Assembly (NCBI GenBank): GCA_934660865.1
Contig: CAKUIA010000012.1
Span: 55,241 to 87,240, forward strand
Direction of reading: 5' to 3'
Length of the DNA: 32,000 bases
From: an uncultured Opitutales bacterium
GTDB taxonomy: Bacteria > Verrucomicrobiota > Verrucomicrobiia > Opitutales > Intestinicryptomonadaceae
Shown here: piece after piece, positions 6,763 through 14,737 of the stretch
Numbering within the stretch: the stretch's first letter is position 1
Layout of the letters: each line of letters starts with the position of its first letter
The notes under the pieces: model-generated
Told to the model about the DNA's origin: nothing
Databases searched by the model: none
What the model saw: only the letters and a program-made list of their open reading frames with translations
Made by a program: the position numbers and the translations under genes

Positions 6763-9700
6763 TTGGAAATATGCAATATATGCGACTTTGTCCAATATTA
6801 TCCTAAAAAGCAAAAAAGAACGAGTTTTGTTTCAGCATTCCTGTTTTACGCGGGATTCCCAATTTGTTATAGCAATAAATTAGCCGAAGCCATTTTGCAA
6901 CTACACAAGCGAAATCTGCTACCTCATCCAGAAGATGATGAAGCCGCAGAAATATTATTAGATTTGCTTCTTGATTATTTTAAAAACTCTCCGATACAAA
7001 TGCTGAGAAGGTCTTTACTATCTGATGCGGGTATTCTCGTTGTGAAAACCGCATTAGATGTGTTGTATACAGGAGACTTTAAAAAGGTAAACATAAAGTT
7101 TGGCGATGCATTAAAAAAAGCGTTTGATAACGTTCCTCAATCGAAATTATTTTCTAAAAAAAATTATGCTGCAGCATCATTGAGACTAACGCATGATTTA
7201 ACGGGATTTGAAATATATTGCCCGAAGCAGTATGACTTAGATGAAGATTCATCATTTGGATGGAAAATAAACGATGATATTTTTAGGCGATCAAACAGGG
7301 ATGTCTTCATATATCAAATTTCGGAGACTCAAAACGAGGTTAAAGTAGAACCGATTGGACTTAGATGCCACCATATTCAAACGTTTAATATTGAAAAATT
7401 AAGAAGTCCAAAAAATGAAATATTGTTCTTTGACAGAAATTCATTAAAATTAAAAGGACGTCCCATACTATTAGATACAGATCAAACCGAAATAGCACCA
7501 GGGACCTATTGGATTTTAACACCACACGACATATCATGTCATGACAGTATAGAAAATATCTCCATTTCAAAAGCAAATCTTTTGTCAATTGATGTACTAC
7601 CCGGAAAGATTATAGAACTATTTAGGGGCAACGAAAAATGTATCACTATAAAATCTAAGGCGATACCATCTATCTTTCTTTCTGATTCAAATAAAATTAT
7701 TCGAACTTATAACGGAGATCCAATCTTATTTGGGCCTTCAATTTCTATCGATGTATGGGACACATCGGATTTGTCAAAATACGATGTGGTTGTAAGCTAT
7801 AATGGGCGAGAAGAGCGAATAGATATTCCTCATGTAGATGCAAAAAATGAGTGGTTTTTTGAAAGCATAGACATATCCAGTGTGTTGGATGACTCACGCG
7901 ATATCCTCTCGGAAATTACGGTTTCGCTTGAAAAGAATGCTCGAACTAAGGTAAAAAAGGAATTTTTATATTTGCCAAATGTAACATCTTGGGATGGAAC
8001 AAATTTAGTGTTTTCAAAGCGTGTATCAAACTTACAAAGAAGGGGCTCTATCGGTTATGACATTAAAGATAATAAAGTCACGGTCTTAGAAACACTGTCC
8101 CCTTTTAGAAAACTTGCTTTTTGTGTTGCGGGAGAAGAAAGAGTTTTGATTTTTAAAAACAGTGGAATATTTCTTCAACAAATAAAAAGTAAACCCGGAC
8201 AAAGGGATTATTCTGAATATATAGATGTAGGAAGCGAAGTCTTTTCTTCAAAAAACGAGTTTACTTCTATAAGGATATGGAATTTTACAAATCAGGATCG
8301 GAAGATTTTTAAATGCAATGAGTATGCATATGATATAAATAGCGAAAGTTACATTGATATATCATTACAAAATCTTTTGGAAAGATTCCCAGCAGGAGGA
8401 GTGGTCGATCTTTCTGTTCCTGATGAAAGACCAATTAATGCATTTAAGTTTAGAGCTGCCCCGGAAACTATCGATTACAAACACGCCTTAAATATTGATA
8501 CCTTTTATTTTAAATCCCCAATAAAAAAATTTAGAGTAAAAATCATTAATCTGATAGATGGTGAGTCGATAGTTTTCCCTGGAAATGTTTTTCATGAAGA
8601 GTCTGCGATTGAATTAAAGGCGGATAAAATTCCTACTATTGTTGGAAGAAATTATTCACCAACCAATAATACACTAGCGGATGCCTTTTCTATCGAAATC
8701 CCGAAAGAAAATTGGTCTGAAGGGATATGGGCCGTATTTGTAGAAGTCGCCTTTTCTGAATTTGGAGTTTTCGAACCGCTTAACATGCCAACAACGAAAT
8801 CCGAACCTAATAGGTATGTTAAAATTATTCGCAGTTATTGCATAGAAAACGAGAACTCAATTTTAAGTCTTGTCCAAAGAACGATAGACTCCGATCAGAA
8901 TAGTAAGATATCTCTTCCACAAAATCCACAAAACATTATTCCAAATCTCATACAACTTTTGTTAAGGATTAATAAGCTTGGGATTGAATCAAATCCAGGC
9001 ATTCGGAAGTGGAGAGATGCAATAGAACGCAAAACGGTTAACTATTTAAAATATGACATTAAGGCTAACTGTAATTTAGACAACGTTACTCCTCTTGTTG
9101 CACTATCCTCAAAATCTCCGTCTAGATATTTAACAGCCATGGAAATTATGGCTGCCCCTGCGCGATATTACAAGTCTATAGCCGACAATATCAACGAACA
9201 AATCTTCTCGCTAAAAATCTGCGGAGATTTAGATGATTTTACATCAAATTATGAAGCTTTCGCATGCGGATTGTTATCTTACGAATTCATTGGTTGCTAT
9301 AAAAACATTTCCGAAGAAACAGAAGATTTTATCTCATTTGATATAAGGAAATTTTACGATAGCTATAAAATATTAGAACATCGCGTCGAATCAGATTTTA
9401 ATATCTATGAAAAATGTGATATATTGTCAAAATCGCATTGGCGCAGAGCTTGTGAATCTTCTTTTTCGCGAAGGTATCAAGCAGGATCAGATACCAAATC
9501 AAACTTTTCGTTCGTAAATTCATTTACTTCGCGGTCTAGTGATTTCTTAGAAAAGCTCCATAAAATAGCCTCTTCAGCTCCTATCCCAGAAACCATTTGG
9601 GATAACATTCTTCCAGAATACGAGGGAACATATCACATAGACAAAAATATCATAAATTTTGCATCTTTATATGCATTTGCCTGTCGGTTGGCGGGAGCAC

Positions 9701-9900
9701 AATTTATTTCCTTTTCAGACTGGACAGATGTATTATGTGCTGAAGGAATTTTCAAGAACATAGAGGATAAAGAATGCGTCTTGAAATGCATGTTTTTTAC
9801 GTACAAAGAGATTTTTGCTTTCTTTATAATATTTTGGGAGACGATAATTAAAACATACAAAAACACGACTAAAAATGAACCCGATAGAACTGTCATATAA
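6763..9900 (+). CDS. Large orphan protein (1045 aa), DruH-like by position and size only
   Basis: It is an uninterrupted 3.1-kb ORF in an AT-rich cassette, and its stop overlaps the start of the helicase gene by 26 nt. The only upstream start candidate is TTG at 6763; the first in-frame ATG is about 240 nt further in. I see no catalytic or nucleotide-binding motif. Confidence that it is a real CDS is high; confidence in the DruH assignment is low. Confidence 0.45.
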   Translation: MEICNICDFVQYYPKKQKRTSFVSAFLFYAGFPICYSNKLAEAILQLHKRNLLPHPEDDEAAEILLDLLLDYFKNSPIQMLRRSLLSDAGILVVKTALDVLYTGDFKKVNIKFGDALKKAFDNVPQSKLFSKKNYAAASLRLTHDLTGFEIYCPKQYDLDEDSSFGWKINDDIFRRSNRDVFIYQISETQNEVKVEPIGLRCHHIQTFNIEKLRSPKNEILFFDRNSLKLKGRPILLDTDQTEIAPGTYWILTPHDISCHDSIENISISKANLLSIDVLPGKIIELFRGNEKCITIKSKAIPSIFLSDSNKIIRTYNGDPILFGPSISIDVWDTSDLSKYDVVVSYNGREERIDIPHVDAKNEWFFESIDISSVLDDSRDILSEITVSLEKNARTKVKKEFLYLPNVTSWDGTNLVFSKRVSNLQRRGSIGYDIKDNKVTVLETLSPFRKLAFCVAGEERVLIFKNSGIFLQQIKSKPGQRDYSEYIDVGSEVFSSKNEFTSIRIWNFTNQDRKIFKCNEYAYDINSESYIDISLQNLLERFPAGGVVDLSVPDERPINAFKFRAAPETIDYKHALNIDTFYFKSPIKKFRVKIINLIDGESIVFPGNVFHEESAIELKADKIPTIVGRNYSPTNNTLADAFSIEIPKENWSEGIWAVFVEVAFSEFGVFEPLNMPTTKSEPNRYVKIIRSYCIENENSILSLVQRTIDSDQNSKISLPQNPQNIIPNLIQLLLRINKLGIESNPGIRKWRDAIERKTVNYLKYDIKANCNLDNVTPLVALSSKSPSRYLTAMEIMAAPARYYKSIADNINEQIFSLKICGDLDDFTSNYEAFACGLLSYEFIGCYKNISEETEDFISFDIRKFYDSYKILEHRVESDFNIYEKCDILSKSHWRRACESSFSRRYQAGSDTKSNFSFVNSFTSRSSDFLEKLHKIASSAPIPETIWDNILPEYEGTYHIDKNIINFASLYAFACRLAGAQFISFSDWTDVLCAEGIFKNIEDKECVLKCMFFTYKEIFAFFIIFWETIIKTYKNTTKNEPDRTVI

Positions 9901-12900
9901 AATAAAAGATTCCCTTAGCCGGTATCTACAAGCTGTCTTACCAGTTTCCGGTAAATATCCAAAACTTTCTTCTGCAATAAATGAAGTATTGAATGAACCG
10001 GATCGTCTATTAAGAGGCCCATATGTTGAATCATTGAGCGATTTTGAAAAAGGGGCTTCTCTTAAAGATCTTGTCGAGGAAGGTATCTTAAATGAAGAAT
10101 TGGCAAGTTTGAAAACATCTCAACCTTCAATATACAACCGTGCATTGCATAAGCATCAAGAAGTCGCTTTACGCTCAATTGTTAATGGCAAAAATGTCAT
10201 TGTTTCGACCGGGACTGGCAGTGGAAAGACCGAGTGTTTTCTATACCCTATATTAAATTCACTCTTAAACGATGATAACCTTGATGAGCCAGGAGTACGA
10301 ACAATACTAATATATCCTCTAAATGCACTAGCTAATGATCAACTCTACAAACGCATAGTCCCATTTTTTGTAGGAGACTTTGCGAAAATGGATATAAAAG
10401 TTGGACGTTATACAGGATTAACCCAAAAAGGAGGTAGAACTGAAGAGGCAGAAAAGATATTGAGCGCGGAACCTTATTTCCGAGAAAAATTGGGCTGGGA
10501 ATCAATTCCTGAGAATTGGTTGCTTACGAGAGATGAAATGCTGAAATCTCCGCCGCATATTCTTATTACGAATTATGCAATGCTTGAACACTTATTGCTT
10601 TTCCCCAAGAATGCACCTCTTTTCTTCAATTCAAAATTAAAATTCATTGTATTAGACGAAGTTCATACATATACAGGAGCGCAAGCTTCAGAAGTCGCAT
10701 TTTTGATTCGAAAGTTAAAACAAAGACTTAATGTAACGAAAGTGCAATGTGTAGGAACTAGCGCAAGCTTTGGAGATGAGTCAAAAGACAAAGATGTTTT
10801 AAGCTTTGCATCTGACCTCTTTGGAGAACCATTTTCTATGGTGATTAGAGGAAAACGAGAACCGCACGTTTTGCTAAGAACTCCTACAAAACATCCTTTT
10901 TCTTTAACCGCGAAAGAATGGATAGAATGCGCGAAAAATATAGACAATATCGCACCAAATGTAATTCTAGAAAAATATGCAGATAATATAGAAATGCGAA
11001 AGCTTTCTGATATTTTCCAATCTAACAACGGGAATCCTCTCAGCTTCAAAGCATTGGCATACCAGATATTTGGAGAAGACGATAATTCTTATGAAGCTCT
11101 TTCTGCAATGATAACAATCGGAATAAAAGCGAGAAAGTCGGAGGCAGATTTCCCCCTTTTGCCCGGACGATATCACATATTTTTGAACGGAATAGACAAT
11201 ATTACTATAACCTTATCTGACAAAACAGATGAACATTTTAACGATATAAAAATCGGGAAACAATTTTTGGATGAAATCGGAATTCGTTTTTCTTTACTTA
11301 CATGCAGAAAGTGTGGACAACCGTATATAGAAGGCTTTTTGGTAGGAAACAAGCTATTACCGTATCCACGTTCTTCCTCTGAGAAAGCTTTACGTCGTGT
11401 CTTTTTACTAGATAATAACAGCCATGTCGAAGACGAAGACGATTCTGTGGGCGAATCAAATGTTGAAAGCGTTGTAATAAATCCTATTACAGGGGAATAT
11501 CGATGCAAAACAGGGGTAACTCTTTTTGAAGTCAAACTAAAGAAAGATGATGAGTTGGGCCGAAGCTTTCTTCATAAATGCCCGGCTTGCGGAGGAACAT
11601 CCGGAACGAATGTTGATGTCATAACCAAATATTCCCCCGGCGATTTCATGTTTTCAACAGTAGCCAGCGATTTGTTGTATCAAAGCCTGCAAAAAAAGAA
11701 AGGTCACGAAGCTGAAATTGGAGAGGGGCGGAAGCTTATTGTTTTTTCTGATAACAGACAAGATGCCGGTCAGTTTGCCTATTCATTCCAAAAAACCAGC
11801 GAAGATTTACTTCTTCGTAGGCTCATGATGAAATCCATTTTAAATAACAACGATAATCTATCCTTCAACACGCTAAGAAATGAAGTATGTAAAATATTAG
11901 GGAATAAATACCCATTCCTTGATGATAAAGGCGACGTGTATCAAAATTCTAGCGATGCATCTGCATTCCTTTTGGGTAAGATTGCGAGTGAATTTTGTCT
12001 CCCTACGGGAAGAAGAAATTCATTAGAAGCACTAGGACTTGTTAAAATTTCAACTTGCAAATCATATCTAGATAAAGCTAATAATGCATTTAAAGACGCA
12101 CTACCTTCAGCTCTTTTTAAATATAGTTCAGAGATACTAGAAATACTGATAGAATCTATTCGTCGTAACCGTTGCATATCGGACCTTTCGCAAGTGAGAA
12201 TGGATGATAAACATATTTGGGGTGATTCATTTTCCCATGATGGGTTCCGTTTTTCATTAGTTCCTGAGAAAGATAAAAAATATAGGTTTTCGTGGCTCCC
12301 AAGCTATGAAACCGGGAAAATAAGACATAATAGACGTAGCTTTTTTCTAAGAAAGATTCTAGACAATTCATTTTCAAATAATGATGTTATAGATATTTTG
12401 AAAGCAGCTTATTCTTCTCTTAAGGAAGCTGACATAATAGTATCTTCATCTAGAGGAAATGTCTTAAACGTAGATAGTATAATGTTATCCTCTGGAATGG
12501 AAGCAAAACTCTATATATGCGATAAATGTGGAAGGAAATTTTTCTACAATATAAGCGACAAATGCCCGTCTTACAAGTGTACTGGGAGCTTAAGAGAGCT
12601 TTCGGATGAAGAAAGGCAACAAGAATATGAAAACAAGCACTATATGAGGATGTTTCTAGCTAAGGACACAGAATATTCGAGTAAAGTTGTACGAGAACAT
12701 ACTGCAGCGATAAATAATGATATAAGAGAAAAAATAGAACAAGATTTTAGAAAGGGTAAAATCAATGTATTGAGTTGTTCAACTACCATGGAACTAGGTG
12801 TGGATATTGGAGAATTGGAATCCGTTGTTTGCCGAAATGTTCCGCCCACAATTCAAAATTATCAACAACGTACCGGTCGAGCTGGACGTAGAGCTCAAGG

Positions 12901-14578
12901 TGCTCCCATATCAGTTACCGTTGCTAGAAACCGTAATTTTGACCAGACAGAGTTTAATGAAGTAGAACATTACTTATCTCAAACTCCATCGACCCCGTTT
13001 GTACATTTGCTAAATAAGAAGTTATTCGAACGGCATCAATTCTCTATTATTCTTTCTGGGTGGCTGAAGACGTTGTTAAAGGACAAAAATAGTTCTCCAT
13101 CGTTAAAAGATTTCTTTGGTGAATCGTTTACAAAAGAAGAGGAAAACAAGTTTATAACCACTTTGAACGATTGGCTTTCTCTCCCTGGGAATGATTCCCT
13201 AAGTAAAGCAATTCGACTGTCGGAGTCGTTACCTGGAGAATTATCAAAAACAGAAGTTGAGATGAAAGAAACTTTTGGCGGCAAAATAATGGAGGCTGCA
13301 GCATGGTACGGCGAAAGATGGAGATACTATGATGAAAAGACCCGTGAATGTGCAAAACTTAGCAAATTTAAAACTGCCGCATACTGGGAACACATGAAAG
13401 AAAAATGGAGCGAACAGTTGTTAATAGAACAATTCCCAAAGCTTGGGTTAATACCAAGTTATACATTCCCTGTAAATAATATCCAACTTGAAGTGTTAAC
13501 GGGAGAGAGCGGTGATAGGAATAAAAACCCATGGGACAGAGAAATTCAGTTGAATCGAGATGCACGATTAGGAATTTCAGAATATGTACCAGGAGCCAGA
13601 GTTATTGCGGGTGGAAGAATGTGGGAGTCTTATGGAGTTGGTCATTACCCGAAACACTTTATGGCTACACAGCTATATTTCTTGTGCCCTGAGTGTAATA
13701 ATGTTGAAGTTTATCAATCTTTGGATGACGTTCCAACCAAATGTAGGGCATGCGGAGCACATATAGAAAAAACAAAAATCAGGGCATTTATTGAACCGAA
13801 AAGTTTTGTCACATCAGCAGAAAAGCCTAATGGAGAAACCCCAGATTTAGTCCGCTTGAAACCTCCACCTTCTCAAGAATCTAGGTTATTAGGCGGAGCG
13901 GCAGACGATGCCTTTACCTCAACTAAGATATCCGATATAACTTGGGCTTATCAGAATTCCATAGAGGGGAAGATGTTTATCGTCAACAAAGGATATGGTG
14001 AAGGATATATCCGATGTGGATGTGGGTATGCCAAAGCTGTAAAGCGAGGTCAATTACAAAAAATAATGAAAGATAAGCACAAAACTCCCTATGGGGAACA
14101 TTGTAAAAAACCTTTTTGGGAAAACAAAGGGAAACCGGAAGATTTTGCCCATGTGTATAATACCGATACGCTTCAAATACGTTTCAACAGAACGCTGCCT
14201 CCGCCTCCGCCAGAGTTAACAGATGAAGAGAAATCACAATGGACACACTCAATGTGCGTAACATTGGTTGAAGCCATTCGACTTGGCACAATACGGTTGA
14301 TAAATATAGATCAAAGAGAGCTTAGTGGCACATATAGACTTCATGCAGGAATTCCTGAGGTTATATTGTACGATAGTACTCCAGGCGGAGCTGGATACTG
14401 TACAATGTTACAATCATGCGATATTCAATCCTTATTGGATGCTGCATGTTTTAAATTAGAATGCAAAAATGAATGCTCTAATTCTTGCCGGTCATGTTTA
14501 CAATCATACGACAACCAAATCTTATGGGATTTCTTAAGAAGAAAACCTATTTTGAAATGGTTAAAAGAATTTAAATGA
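9875..14578 (+). CDS. druE: Giant superfamily-2 DEAH helicase with multiple zinc ribbons and a DUF1998-like C-terminal domain (Druantia DruE-like)
   Basis: Helicase motifs are motif I VSTGTGSGKTECF, Ia LIYPLNALANDQ, II VLDEVHTY, III GTSAS, V LSCSTTMELGVDIG and VI QRTGRAGRR. CxxC pairs include CRKCG, CPACGG, CDKCG..CPSYKC and CPECN..CRACG. The C-terminus has YDSTPGGAGY followed by CKNECSNSCRSCL, as in DUF1998/MrfA-type Zn domains. The size of 1567 aa is about twice that of MrfA-type helicases. Confidence 0.65.
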   Translation: MNPIELSYKIKDSLSRYLQAVLPVSGKYPKLSSAINEVLNEPDRLLRGPYVESLSDFEKGASLKDLVEEGILNEELASLKTSQPSIYNRALHKHQEVALRSIVNGKNVIVSTGTGSGKTECFLYPILNSLLNDDNLDEPGVRTILIYPLNALANDQLYKRIVPFFVGDFAKMDIKVGRYTGLTQKGGRTEEAEKILSAEPYFREKLGWESIPENWLLTRDEMLKSPPHILITNYAMLEHLLLFPKNAPLFFNSKLKFIVLDEVHTYTGAQASEVAFLIRKLKQRLNVTKVQCVGTSASFGDESKDKDVLSFASDLFGEPFSMVIRGKREPHVLLRTPTKHPFSLTAKEWIECAKNIDNIAPNVILEKYADNIEMRKLSDIFQSNNGNPLSFKALAYQIFGEDDNSYEALSAMITIGIKARKSEADFPLLPGRYHIFLNGIDNITITLSDKTDEHFNDIKIGKQFLDEIGIRFSLLTCRKCGQPYIEGFLVGNKLLPYPRSSSEKALRRVFLLDNNSHVEDEDDSVGESNVESVVINPITGEYRCKTGVTLFEVKLKKDDELGRSFLHKCPACGGTSGTNVDVITKYSPGDFMFSTVASDLLYQSLQKKKGHEAEIGEGRKLIVFSDNRQDAGQFAYSFQKTSEDLLLRRLMMKSILNNNDNLSFNTLRNEVCKILGNKYPFLDDKGDVYQNSSDASAFLLGKIASEFCLPTGRRNSLEALGLVKISTCKSYLDKANNAFKDALPSALFKYSSEILEILIESIRRNRCISDLSQVRMDDKHIWGDSFSHDGFRFSLVPEKDKKYRFSWLPSYETGKIRHNRRSFFLRKILDNSFSNNDVIDILKAAYSSLKEADIIVSSSRGNVLNVDSIMLSSGMEAKLYICDKCGRKFFYNISDKCPSYKCTGSLRELSDEERQQEYENKHYMRMFLAKDTEYSSKVVREHTAAINNDIREKIEQDFRKGKINVLSCSTTMELGVDIGELESVVCRNVPPTIQNYQQRTGRAGRRAQGAPISVTVARNRNFDQTEFNEVEHYLSQTPSTPFVHLLNKKLFERHQFSIILSGWLKTLLKDKNSSPSLKDFFGESFTKEEENKFITTLNDWLSLPGNDSLSKAIRLSESLPGELSKTEVEMKETFGGKIMEAAAWYGERWRYYDEKTRECAKLSKFKTAAYWEHMKEKWSEQLLIEQFPKLGLIPSYTFPVNNIQLEVLTGESGDRNKNPWDREIQLNRDARLGISEYVPGARVIAGGRMWESYGVGHYPKHFMATQLYFLCPECNNVEVYQSLDDVPTKCRACGAHIEKTKIRAFIEPKSFVTSAEKPNGETPDLVRLKPPPSQESRLLGGAADDAFTSTKISDITWAYQNSIEGKMFIVNKGYGEGYIRCGCGYAKAVKRGQLQKIMKDKHKTPYGEHCKKPFWENKGKPEDFAHVYNTDTLQIRFNRTLPPPPPELTDEEKSQWTHSMCVTLVEAIRLGTIRLINIDQRELSGTYRLHAGIPEVILYDSTPGGAGYCTMLQSCDIQSLLDAACFKLECKNECSNSCRSCLQSYDNQILWDFLRRKPILKWLKEFK

Positions 14579-14665
14579 ATGGTTTTATAATTCATAGAAA
14601 AAATAAAACTTCGTCAGATTCAGTAAGAAACTTTATATCTATACGTTACAGAATTTGAAATTTAC

Positions 14666-14697
14666 CAACAGTTGGACAGCTTTCTGCCCAACTGTTG
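14666..14697. terminator. Bidirectional terminator-like hairpin between the convergent helicase and relaxase genes
   Basis: A perfect 10-bp stem, caacagttgg (14666..14675) paired with ccaactgttg (14688..14697), with a 12-nt loop and T-rich flanks. Confidence 0.6.
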
Positions 14698-14737
14698 TAT
14701 TTATGTAGGTAGATGTTTCGCTTTATCTTGAGTTCTC

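Noticed and set aside
9875-14578. Alternative identities for the helicase: DISARM DrmA/DrmB or an MrfA-type repair helicase
   Set aside because: DISARM needs a separate DUF1998 protein, a PLD nuclease and a methyltransferase, and none is in the window. MrfA-type proteins are about half this size and pair with an exonuclease, not with a 1045-aa orphan.
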